From the human T2T-CHM13v2.0 reference genome, Homo sapiens: DNA of 64,000 nt. The stretch lies in the NCBI RefSeq assembly GCF_009914755.1, contig NC_060930.1; one strand, 5' to 3'. The position numbers and the translations under genes are program-made. Shown piece by piece: positions 12,590 to 27,130 of this stretch (position 1 is the first letter of the stretch; each line of letters opens with the position of its first letter). Under the pieces are notes generated by a model. That model made no database searches. It was not told the origin of the DNA and was given only the letters and a program-made list of their open reading frames with translations.

Positions 12590-14420
12590 CTTGCTTTTCT
12601 TTTTCAAAACTTTTAATCCTATTTTTAAGTATGCAAGTAAAACATGACTACATTCTCAATTTTTGAATTACAAAGACACAGGTTTAGATAGAATAGAACA
12701 TGAAAATATTCTAACGTCACCACCATCAATCACCACCACCCAATTCCTACTTTTTACAGAAATAACCGCTGTTTATTCATTATGGGTTGTATTTTTTCTA
12801 TGCAGCTGTGTACATGTTTACATACAAGATTTTATCTTGGCTGGGTGCTGTGGCTTGCGCCTGTAATCCCAGCACTTTGGGAGGCTGAGGTGGGCAGATC
12901 ACCAGGTCAGGAGTTCAAGACTAACCTGGTCAACATGGTGAAACCCCCACCTCTACTAAAAATACAAAAATTAGCCTGGCATGGTGTCAGGCCCCTGTAA
13001 TTCCAGCTACTCGGGGGGCTGAGGCAGGAGAATCGCTTGAACCCGAGAGGCGAAGGTTGCAGTGAGCCGAGATCACTCTAGCCTGGGCAACAAGAATGAA
13101 ACTTAGTCTAAAAAAAAAAAAAGAAAGATTTTATTTTTATATAAATGACAGCATACTGTATATATTGTTTTATAACTGCTTTTTAACTTAATATATTTTA
13201 GAGCTCTTTCCAAGTCTACACATGGAGATCTGCCTTACTCCTGCATAATATTCTATATTGCCCTTACTATCCTTTTCTCTACTCTCTTCTCTGGAGGTTG
13301 TTTTTAATATTTCACTATTATGAGCCATGTCAAGTAAACAGTTTTGTACGTGGCTAATGGTGCATATGTTATTTTTCCATGATAAATACATAGAAGAGGA
13401 ACTAACAAGTCAGAGAATATGTATATTTAAAATTTTGATTTGCATGGCAATATTACCTTCCAAAATGACTGTATGACTTTATATTCCTAAGAATGATGTT
13501 TGAGAGTGATTGTTTACCACAGCATTACCAATATTAGGTGGGTTTTTTCTTTGTTTCTTCTTCTTTTTTTTTAATAAGTTGGGCAAAAGAATAGCTCATT
13601 TTAACTTGTGTTTTCCAGACATCTCCTGATAGTGAGATTCAGCATTGTTTTATGTGTTTATTAGCAATTTATAAGTCTCCAGTGATTTGCCTATCAGTGT
13701 TGTTCTTTGCTTATTTATTTTTTATTAGCTATTTTTTTCTTACTGATTTGTAGGAATTCTTTTATATATATATATATATGTAACAAATTCTGGATAAGTA
13801 TTTGTTACATATATGTAAAAAAAGAATTCTAGATAAGTATTTGTTACATATATTGCCAGTTTCTTTTGGTATGTTACTTGGCTTTTAATTTTCATTTGAG
13901 TGCCTTGTATTCATTAGAATTTTTTAAACTTTAAGTCTGTTGGTCTTTTGTCTTCCAGTTTTCTGTCTTTCTTAGAAGGCTGTCTGAATCGTAGAGTTAT
14001 AAAAATATTTTTCTATGTACATTTAATACTTTCATGGTTTATCTTTTTCTATCGTTAGCTCTTGAGCCCATCTGGAATTTATTTTGTATTTAAGGCATAG
14101 AGATTTACCTTTATTTTTTTTTCCCAAGTGGATAACCAGTTATGCAAAAACCATTCATTGAATAGTCCTAGTTTAAAATGCTAATACTATTACATAAAGA
14201 CATAGATCTGTTCCTAGGCTCTTTATTTTGTTTTATTGGTCAACCTGTATATTTCTGAAACTGGAATATACCTTTATAGTATGTATCAGTAGCTTCTGAT
14301 TTGGATTATATTGAATATATAGATTTTTTTCAGAATAATTGACATTTTAATAAACTTTTGGGTCTTCTCATAAAGGAATATAGTTTGTCTTTATTTATTC
14401 AAACCTTCTTCTATGTTCTT
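12590..14420 (-). mobile_element. Old L1 (L1M-type) 3' region, interrupted by an Alu
   Basis: T-rich antisense L1 motifs such as catctggaatttattttg and ttcccaagtggataaccagtt; boundaries approximate. Confidence 0.6.
12839..13125 (+). mobile_element. Alu (AluS-type)
   Basis: Full dimer; TSD aagattttat(c/t)tt. Confidence 0.95.
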
Positions 14421-14832
14421 GGCAAGAGAATGTCATCTCTCTGCACAAGTTTAGAGACTAAGCACCAAATTAGCAGAGGCTTTATTTTATGCTACTTTGC
14501 TCTGTCCCAGAACACCTAGCACACTGCTGGCATAGTACTCAATAAATGGTTAGTGATTTAAATATTTAGGAAAAGTTTTGTTTTTAATTTTTCTTACTTT
14601 TAGAAACCTACTTTATGTGTTTTGATACATTAAAGAAGGGACTTCTCATTGCCTGTACCTGATTTTTGAATAGCTACTTAATTTTTTAAAATAATTTTCT
14701 GTACCATACAGTAACCCCAAGACAAAGCAACTCAAAAAAAGGCAGTGTCCCTACCAGATTTTGAAAATTTGGATGCTTTGTGGTGGTAACAATTCATCTC
14801 AGACTTTTGGAATAATGAGAGTCATTTTCTGT

Positions 14833-14870
14833 TTCTCTCTCTCTCTCTCTCTCTGTCTCTGTCTCTGTCT
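14833..14870 (+). repeat. (TC)n/(TCTCTG)n microsatellite
   Basis: Direct reading. Confidence 0.9.
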
Positions 14871-16791
14871 TCAGTACAAATAGGCACTTGCCTGTTGTAA
14901 AATAACCATTTTTGCTCGTTGGTATTTATCACCTAAATTTCCCTCTTGAAGATTCCCACTTGCAAGAGAGAATACTAGCAAGCTTTTAATACTCATTTTC
15001 AAAAGTCCCTTAAGAAGTCTGCAGATCTGAAAGGTTAGTTTCCCAAAAGATTACCTCAGTCACTTGTGAGATTATACAGTTACTGATATTCAAACTAGAT
15101 TTTCAAGCAACATCATCACTGTCCCCCCTGCCCCCAATATGGATTTCTTTAAATGTTCGTATTAAATTAAATGCTCTGTCCTTCTCTGTGAAAGTAAAGG
15201 TCATGTAAACAACCACACTTCACACAGCTTTAGCTCTTGCACTCGTCATATTTTTATTTTGTGTAGGTACAAGTAATATGTGACACTGTGCTGATTTTAA
15301 ATTAAATCTAAGCTTTATTTATGACAAAAATGTTTGGCTGAAAAAAAAACATAATGGCATTTATGTGAATGTGTTGAAGCAGCCATTTTAAGCTTACATA
15401 AATATATTTTAATTGTGCTTGTGAACTTCTTTCTGAAAATTCAGAGCTGCCAATGCCAAAAAATGACTATGTAACTGTACATTTTGTATTCATGGCCTCT
15501 GTTACTTTATAAACCATCTCACTTTTTGATCCATCAAAAAGATGATTCTTTAGATTTAATAAAAACAATAAGATGGCACCTTAGTGAGGAATTTTTAAAA
15601 TTCTGAAATATCAGTATAATCCCTTCACTACACAATTAAAATTGTGACATTTTCAACTATTAGTTGCAAAGAGAGATCCTATTATTAAGACCTGACAGTG
15701 TTCACTTCTGCCTGTAAAGCAAGACAGTTGGACTAAGGTAATTTCTGTTTAGTGTCACTCATCATATTCCAGCTGTGGTACAGCTAGCTATGGGAAAGGC
15801 TCAGCAAAGAGGCAGAAGAGAAGGGCACCGGTGTTCCAAGTTGTTTTTACAAGTCCACGCAACAGTACCTGTGGCCTGAATAGATGTCTTTTTTTCATTA
15901 GTCCTGAAGCCTCTTAGGAAGAACATGCACCAGTCATTTCCCTTTCTAAGGAAAGTGTTGCAGCCTTTTTTCAGTAGCTGCTGCAGGCTGAGATTTATGA
16001 GAATAGTCTTGCTAGCTGAACTATGTTTGAAAAAAAAAAAAAAAAGCTCTTCCAGTGCTGAGTGGTGTCTCCATTAATGTTGTTATGAGAATCATGCTTG
16101 TGTTGATGGTAAAATGCAAATGATGCAAATCTAGAAATCGGAGTTGAGCCTTAGTTAAGCCTGTAAATAGTCAAAAGTGAAGCCTAAATTGGAGAGGTGA
16201 CAGCCCCTAATTTTGTATTCGTATTAAATATGCTTTGTCACAAGAGAAAAACAAAACAGTGTCTAAAATTAGTACTGATTTTATTAGCCAGGTGATATTT
16301 TGACCTCTAATAAAATGGGGATTATTCTATTTTTATCCCCAAGAGGGTGATGATGTCTTAGAATGTCACTGTTAATCGCTGTTGGACTTTATCACATTTT
16401 GAAGTATCAGTGGTAAGCGTTTGTCAGCATCTTAACATATGGAAAGGTATAGGATTCTAGGTGAGAGATTACATCTGAAAAACTAAAATTGAACATATTT
16501 AACTGCTTACCCAGAATCCTTTGAGAGTTCCATGAAACATGTTTTTACTCTTCTTACATACGTAGCAGAAATGGAATGTCTTGGTTTGAAATTTTGACTA
16601 GCTTATTCCACTATCCCTTACCTTTATTTACTTAAATATTCACATTTTGTTGAGACTGGGAAACCCTTTTACTGTTATTTACACTTAGTACATCAGTTGG
16701 TTTCTGCAAGACTAGAAATAAGTCAGTTGGCACGTAAGGAGTATGGGGAAATTGGATCTTATATTAACCTTTAGGTTCACTGGTTCTATAC

Positions 16792-17190
16792 CAGTGGTTC
16801 TCAAATGTGGTCCAAAGATCCATAGAAGTCCCCAAGTCCCTCTTAGGGCATCCATGAGATCTTTCCTTTTCCAACTACATATTTATGTAATAGTGTGCTT
16901 TCTTCATATTCATATAAATAGATTAAATACAGATATAGACATGAAAATCCAAGTAGCTTCCTTTAAGCCAGGCCACTCTCATTATTTTTTAAGTTGCAGT
17001 TATTTTTCATAAAAGAGTAAGTTTTTATGTTGACATCTAATTATTTTAATTTTAAATGAAAACATTTTTGTCAAGTTATAATTTCATATGGGATAAATAT
17101 CAATGATGTAAGATACATAAAAAAAGTTTCTTAGTGTCCTTAGTAATTTTTAAGCTTTAAAAGTTCTCAAGACAGAAAATACTAGCATGA
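16792..17190 (+). mobile_element. Charlie1-family hAT deletion derivative
   Basis: cagtggttctcaaatgtggtcc start; acatgaaaatccaagtagcttcctttaagccag and gtccttagtaatttttaag resemble the Charlie1 3' end. Confidence 0.55.
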
Positions 17191-17204
17191 GGACTACCAT
17201 GCTA

Positions 17205-19113
<1,909 letters not shown>

Positions 19114-22100
19114 TAATTGTTTAGGGGAGTTAAGGTGGAGTGGTAATACGATTTTGTTGAGAAAGACACCCTTATTAGCAAAATAGATAAGCTACCAATT
19201 GCAACTTTTGACCCACTTTGAAAATTCCCTTCTCGTAAATTACTAATTTAGATTTAAATAGTGTGAAAGATCATGCACTGAGTTAGGATTAGAACTTCTA
19301 ACTCTGGGAGATTAACACTTAGATTCCTTAAAAAGTTTTGTAAATGGTTTAATTTGGAAGTTTCATTTGGAGAAATAAGAGGGCTATTATCTGTGTGTTG
19401 AAGAATTTCTGTAAACTTAGATTCCAACTCACTATATGTATCCTTGTTTTTAATTGATGGGGCTTTTCAAACTCAATTATATAGACAGCCTAGGTGTGTC
19501 CTTTCTGATTAAAACAATTCATGAATCCCAGGTTTAGGGTGAGGTTGGAGATTAGGGTTTTCTTTTCTGAAGAGATTACTTTTCTTGTGCATTCTACTGT
19601 GTACCTGATACACATTAAATACTGTCAATTCTTTGCTATTTTAAATCTCCATTTGTATATTGAAGGTAAAAGAAGGAATATTTAACTGCTCAAGAAATGT
19701 AGATTGTTTGAATTTTTTGAAGATAATTTTACATTCTTAACATGGACACATCAGGAAACAGTGCAGTTTGTTTCACTATCTCCATTGCATAGATTTTTTG
19801 AGGTTTATTTTGTCCTTTTTTTTTTTTTAAGAGGAATCCTCATCAAGAAATTCTTGATAAGATATCCTGAATCTCTCTCTGCCCAGGGAGGCTTAGGAGG
19901 AAAAAAAAAAGATATTCTGAATCTCTACAGAAGGGAGAGAATTGTAGCCCTTTAATTTGTTGTCCAGAATTACCTTTAGAACTGTGAGCCTGGAAAAGTG
20001 AGATGCTGCAAAGGTAAACAATGTACAGATTATGATAGAGTGGAATTGACAAGCTGGTTAAAAACGGATGATGCATTTTTAATTAGCCTACAGTGCCTTT
20101 AGTTGATAAAATAATTAGATACTTTTATGTAAATGTCATGTTAAGTAAGAAAATTGAAGTGTTACAGATCTACAAAAGGAATGGCTATTTTTGAGTATTA
20201 ATGTTTTACAGTTACTATGAAAGGACTGATAGTAGAATATTTGATTATTGTGCTTCTGGCAATGTTTAGCTGACCAATTCCGTGGTAGTCTATTTTTTTC
20301 TAATTGATGTGCTGTTATTTGTGTTGAAGGTTTTTAGCACATGATTAACTGCAGCAAGTGAGGGCTAGTGGAACCAGAAGCCAAAAATAACCAGTCGTCA
20401 CAGCTATTTTAACAAAACTTTTCAGAGTAGATTGTTGATCTCTATTTCAAGATTAAGAAGAAATGGTATTTTTCTGTATTTACTCAGCTGTGGATTTTGA
20501 GTGCGTGAAAGGCTAAATGCAGCTATCCTCCAAACCACTGTTCTTGACTTCCTCCTTGAGTTGTAGTCTTCAACTAGCCGATGGGATTGACCACTACATG
20601 AGTAGGTAGCCCTGGGTTTTTTGACATGCTCAGTAACTCTATAGGAGACTGGAAAAATATAAGAATTCTGGTGCTTCACTTTGAAATGTGTGTGTTGATA
20701 GTTAATGGGGTATCTTTATTTACTTCTGTTTTTGCAGGTTACAGTGAAGTGAGTATGCAGATTTGACCCATGTCTTCAACTTTATAGGGCTGCAGTCAGT
20801 ACTCTTTCCCCGGGAAAATCTACTACCATATTGCAAATGCTGTAACAATTTCTACTTGTTGGGAATACAGCTGAAGAATATAGTTTCATGGCTTTTATGT
20901 GGAATTGCAAATGTGATCCATAGTGCTGCATTATGTATGACATCTTTAATACAAGAATAGAAACATCCCTAGAAGAAAAGGTAGAATATTCACTCTTCTC
21001 TAGTCACAAACCAGTTACCAGAGGCTTTATTCACATGCAAACTCCAAACTTTAAATTGTTGAAACTTGACATTTTTTAAGGAAAAAGTCCTCTGAATGTA
21101 ATATCAAATGCAAAATGTTAGTCTGTTAATAAATATCTCCGGATAATGAAGAAACTTGAAAAAATTCAGTTAATTTGCTTTAGCAAAAGAAAGCAAAAAG
21201 CATTTATGATGATTGGCTAAAAGTTATTTCAGGTTGGTTAATCTTGATATCATCTGGCTCAGAATCCCAAGAACCTGTTGTATTAAGCAAGGAACTTTGT
21301 AATTTTTTTAGACATTAATAAACCCAAACTCAGTTGCCACTGATACAGGCTAGAAGATAATGGTTTTAATTGTTCTGTGCTTAGAAATACATCTATTGTC
21401 CCAACCTCAGTCCCGGTCAACACACACACATACGTACTACATTTATCTATAGAACCCACAATCATGAAGAGGCTTTCTCACCTTTTTCTTTAGTTACTAC
21501 CTCTGTCTACCCTGTTGTTTGGAAAGAAGAAGAAAGGTGAAAAATGGGAGCCAAGTTTACAGTGAGTCATGGGGACTTACGCCAGCCACACTCTCCGGCA
21601 TTAGAAAGTCCAGAGAGGAACTTTGACCCTTAATGTCAACTCTCAAAACTATTTTGTTTGCTGCAACCAAATGTTACCCATGTTATATATTTTGTTGTTG
21701 TTGTGGACAGAAACCTGAAAACATTTTCTGTGAGTGGCCCTTAATTTCCTGCATTGATTTTAACAGAGTTGATTTGGAACTACCTGTAATTGTGTGGATG
21801 ACAGCGCAATTAGTGTAGAATATATGTGTGGTGCTGACATGTTCCTGTTCTGGGTTTTAAAGTGTTTCATAGGTTGTAGTTTGCCAGACCAAATTTAACT
21901 CTAAGCTCTCTGTTTATAACATTGCCCAATTATCAAAGCTGGGATATATTATTACTGCCAGTTACTCTTGCTGTCAATTTGTCTTGGCTCAACTATGGTT
22001 CCATTTGTACTTTACTGTAATATAGTGAATACATTGGATTAGGTTGTTAGTTTAACAAGCTCTCTGGAGAACACCTTCATGATGATGCATGTTGAGATAT

Positions 22101-22763
22101 GCTAGGAAGCCTTAAAGTTTATTTGCAGAAACCTACAGAAATGTATTCACTAGAAATTTTTAAAAGAATAAACTCTCAACCTAAAGACAAGGTAAAGATT
22201 CTCTTATTTGATAATCCTCTAGAACATATGTAAATATGTGTTAATTCATGAGTCTCAGCCAGATTTCTTTAGGGATTTTGATTTGACAGTTTCTCCTTTC
22301 TTATATAATTCTACTGGATGAATTATTTTATGTGCTTTAAAAAAAGCATTTTGTTAGTTAAGCTGTTACCCTTGTGCACTGTGCAGCTCATGGTGTTATG
22401 GGAACTTAGTGATCTTGGCCAGATACCGAGTTAGGGGTAATCAGAAATTAGAAATGACTGGACTGTTAATATTTACATTGTGCTCAGCTGGTTTATAAAA
22501 GTACACTAACTTCCTCCTATGTCCACCCCAATCTCTTACATCAAAATTTCCAGGGTCAGGGCTTGGGAACTTGTATTTTAAAAAATGATCCCCAGGACTT
22601 TCTGGGTGTTGGGAATGTTCTCATATTTTAATCTATGGTTGTTACATAGTGTGTATGTGTTAAAATCCCTCAGGATGTACATTTAAGTTCTATACACATC
22701 ATTCTAATATTGCATTCTCTCAAATGTTACACCCTAATTTTAAAAGTTCCTCCAAAAAAAAAA

Positions 22764-23010
22764 AAACACCACATGTTCTCACTCATAAATGGGAGTTGAA
22801 CAATGAAAACACATGGACACAGAGAGGGGAACATCACACACCAGAGCCTGTCGGAGGGTGGGGGTCTAGGGGAGGGATAGCATTAGGAGAAATACCTAAT
22901 GTAGATGACAGGTTGATGGGTGCAGCAAACCACCGTGGCACGTGTATACCTATGTAACAAACCTGCACATTCTGCACATGTATCCCAGAACTTAAAGTAT
23001 AAAATATATA
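22764..23010 (+). mobile_element. L1PA (L1PA7/8-like) 3' end fragment
   Basis: catgttctcactcataaatgggagttgaacaatg...ggagggatagcattaggagaaatacctaatgtagatgac...cccagaacttaaagtat. Confidence 0.92.
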
Positions 23011-25089
23011 TATATATTAAAATATATAATCTGTTACTCTTCTGATTAAATAGTTTGCAGTAGTCACTTAATGAACGTTATTAAGCATTCACTGTCTATG
23101 TAGCAATGACCCAACAGTAGATAACAGTGTGATTCTTGATCCTTGGGAACATAAAATCAAGTGGAAGAGAAAGTGATAATACATAATATAAAGTTTTATG
23201 GTTTATGACATCTTTCTGTACAGATGATTCATCAAAAGTCGCTTATTGGCAGTTTTACTATTTCCATTTTTTTGTTTGTTTTGTTAAAGAAACCGAGGAT
23301 CACTTATCCAAGATTACTCAGCAAGTAGGGAGTAGTTGTCAGACTTTAACTCAGTCTTCTAAAAAGCCTATACTTTTCCAGAAATAAGAAGGCTTCAGTT
23401 AACAAAAACAAAGAACCCTTACATGGAAGCAGAAGTTACAGCATTTTATGGAGCTATAGAAGCCAGTCCAGGAGGGTTTTTGAGGATGTTGAGGCTGTGT
23501 TAGCTTTGCATGTTTCTCATTGTCTCTTCTTGTTCCCTGTTTTCATGTCGCAGTTTACCATTTGAACCTCTGGAATTTTAGTCCATTACACTTTATCTGG
23601 TGAATGTGGCATTTGTAGAAAAATGTTCAGTTGAAATTACTCTGCTCTCTGGTCTGCCTTTCGAAACTGCAATTTATTCTTGCCTCATTTTCAAATTCTT
23701 GCATTTCCAAGTAATACAAGCCAATGATGAATGTTCTCCTTCCTCATTACATATAGCCTTTATTACCTGTTTCATGTTCTTTGGCACTCGGCCACTTTCT
23801 ATCTAGCTATTTATTGCTGTCATGTATTGTTCTGCATTTATGTACAGAAGTTTTTTCTTTTTTTTTTTTAAAGAAAGATTATGATCTCCATGACTGTGTG
23901 GTGACACATAGTAGGTATTTGCTAAGTGTTCTTTGAAGTCAGCAGTGCACTTACTTGGTTTTTTCCTCTTTTAAAATTTCCCATCTGTGTCTTCTTACAC
24001 TCACTAAGGGTTGTTGCTGTTATGGCCTTGTTATAGTAAAGAGTAAGCTAAGAGGGAGCTCCTTAGGTGGGCTCTCCAAGTCCTTAAACCCATGAATCTC
24101 GGCACTATACACTCTAGGAACAGGTCTCAGAGCTCTTTCATCTTTCCCTCCTTTTCAGTGAGTAAATTAAATGATATGAATTATTGTTGTAGGAGATACA
24201 CAACTCTGCCAAGTAACCATCTTTTACTTCTGCTAGTCACAGTCACCTGGGGACCCTTTTTAAAATAAATGTGTAACATTTGCCTATGTGTCCTATTCCT
24301 TTATGATCACCACTGCCCATCCCAGGGCATGTCATTGGGGAGTGTTGGGGTATGTATCAATATCAACCTCAGAATGTGTTGAAGGTCTTGATTTTGCAGA
24401 ATGAAATTATTGATTTTCAAGCCTTCACTCACCCAACAACTATATCTCTTGCATACTCTTGAATTATGCTTATGCATCAGATCTCTGGGCCCACCAAGAT
24501 TCCATAAAGGGCCTCTCGATATCATATTTCTTATAATGAAACTAGATATTCTTCCTTGGTCAGCAATGCTTTCTTTATATATGAAAATGATTCTTATTTC
24601 TTCTGACAAGCAGTTTATTGTTTCTTAAGGCCCCCTCCCCTTATTATGTAAGGCTAGTTTTTCAGTAAATTCCAAGGTAGAGTGACTGCTGAGAAACCAA
24701 CCTAAGAGAGAGTACTCTTGCTCATCGTTCTGTGGAAGATTGCATCTCCCCAAACTTGTGGGTAATTTCCTCTCACCCAGATCTGAATTCTAATTAAATT
24801 TTTATTCTTTAACTTGTTAACATTATGTGAGACTCGGCTGTTTTTTTTTTTTGTGTGTGTGAAAAGCATGTTAGAATGTAGAAAGACTATGCATCTCTGT
24901 AGACTAAATTGCTGAACTAAAATTAGGTCCTTAGAATTAACCCACCACCACCGTCTTTCCTACTACTTCTCCTCGTTATATTTTCAGGTTGATCTTTTCC
25001 TTTTTAAAGTTTCTCTTTACTCAGGAAAGCAACTATATGGGCATGTAAAGGATGTGTCCTGACTGATGCACCTGCCTTTCTGTTTCTAG

Positions 25090-25155
25090 GTGGGCCATGC
25101 ACAGACACAGCTCATGTCTCATTAATCACACCAACAAAAAGATCCTGTGGTACAG
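25090..25155 (+). CDS. ZFAND3: ZFAND3 internal coding exon (probably exon 4), (C)GPCTDTAHVSLITPTKRSCGT(D)
   Basis: Acceptor cctttctgtttctAG ends at 25089; donor CAG|gtatgt at 25156; 66 nt, phase 1/1; joins T|GT (Cys) upstream and G|AT (Asp) downstream with no stop. Too short to appear in the ORF track. Confidence 0.95.
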
Positions 25156-26579
25156 GTATGTACGTCATTCTTATGTGAATTCATCCTTATTTGAATTCTT
25201 CACAGAAGTTAGCAACTGGTTCTAACTTGGTGTGCTTCTCAGGGTACTCTGATTTCTTCCGTCAGTTGTGAGGTGATATGTGCTTAGTATTCACGGCGGA
25301 GTGTCAGCAGAGGTCAGAATGATGTTTTTGGGGAGTCAGATTGACTGAGTAAATGCAGCTAGATCCAAGAAGGTGGACATCAAAATATACATAATTTCTA
25401 ATATCTGAAGAACGTTATTAAGACACAACAGAAATGCAGATCATTGCCCAGTTTGTAGCATGTAACTAATCTGAGGGCCAAGATTGAAATTTTAATAGTT
25501 TTAATGTAGAAAATCAGTGTTTTAAATTGACTATTGTAGTATCCTACTATTTTTGGATAATTATTTTCTGTCATTCGATTTAAAGCCGTGGATATACTGA
25601 AATTTCTCTTCTAGATGCATAGAATCCCAAAAACATCTTTGTGCATCTGTGACATTTTTATTAAATATGAAGTCATGAATCTTGTGGCTCTCTAAAGAGC
25701 AGTCAGAATGCCCATTGTTGCCTTCGCCTGTAGCTTAATTTATTTTAAGCGATATTTGCCTTTTCTAATAATGCTGTCTGCTATTTAAAATATCTCAAGG
25801 ATTATATTTGGAAGAGTCAAAATAATTATATTGTTTTTCTAAAGGTCACAGAGTATTTTTCATAACTTAAAAAATCCTTGTAACTCCCCAGCAGAAGTAG
25901 CACAAACTGTTTCCATGTACAAACTTAACACTGCAACCTCAGCTCCTTTAAATGCTCATAATTTGATGCTAGGCCTCAGTCAGGCCCATGTTTGCATAGT
26001 TTCAAAGTAACATCCAGGCACTGAATTCTAAGGAACTCAGTTGTACTCTTCTCTTCCAAATGACCAGCTTTGAGGTAGGGTAGGGGGTGTGAGATAGTCT
26101 TGGCATGTTCTTATCCCTCTTGTGCCCGGTTCCCAAGCTCCACTAGGTAGAGTAGATTTCTTTTTTTTACTGAGGTAGAAAAGAGCTGTGCCTGAAGTGA
26201 GATAGACCATCCTGATTTTAGCCAGCGGGAAGTCAGAGAGCCAACTACCTGCCCACTCCAGCCAGAAGCTTGAAAACATTCAGTGTCCTTTGATTTGAGG
26301 TCCAGCACTTCAAATGCACAGTACTTTAGTCTTTTGTTTTTCCTTCCAATCTTGGCCCTCAGAGAAGGCTTTACTGTTAAGCACTACCACTATGTTCAGG
26401 TAGCAGTCAAGGAGTTGAACCTTGAACACACTGGGTCATCCTGAGAGGTTTGGGAAGGAGACTCATGTACTCAGATGCTGAAACAAGCAGGAAACTCTGG
26501 TGAATATCATTTACTTGTGTCCATCTTCTAGGTAGATCTGTTTCCTCCTCTCTGATCCTATACTATTTTGTGTATCTAA

Positions 26580-26830
26580 AACTAATAATGATATTTATTG
26601 TATGCTTACTACATTGCCAGGTATTATTCTGTATATTTTATATACATGGTAATTTAATTTTCAGAACAGTTCTTCAAGATAGTTATTATTTTTCCTCTTT
26701 TACAGATGAAAAAAATGTAGGCACTCATAAACTTAAGTATATTTTCTGAGATAATATTGCTAGTAAGTGATGGAGCCAAGACTTGGACACGGATCTTTAA
26801 GACACTAAAGCCTGCGCTGTTTTCCCCTAT
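26580..26830 (-). mobile_element. MIR SINE
   Basis: ttttacagatgaaaaaa...tagtaagtgatggagccaagacttgga. Confidence 0.7.
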
Positions 26831-26959
26831 ATCATGCTACTGCTTTTCACATTTTATTGTAATTGTTTCTTCTCCTAACCAGACTGTGGAAAAGCAGACT
26901 GTTGAATGAAATATGGAAAAAATGAAACATATATTTGGAAATATAGCATACACTAAAGT

Positions 26960-27130
26960 AGTTTGAAAATGTGAGTTCTAAAATCACATCTGGTTTCAGA
27001 TCTAAGCTTAGCCACTTACCAGTTGTGATTTTAAGTAAATAAGTTAACATCTCAAAATTTTGTTCTTCATCTGTAAAATGGGATGATAAATCTCTCAGGT
27101 TTGGTGTAAGAAAAAAATAATATGCTCACC
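26960..27130 (+). mobile_element. MIR SINE
   Basis: gccacttaccagttgtga...cttcatctgtaaaatgggatgata. Confidence 0.7.
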
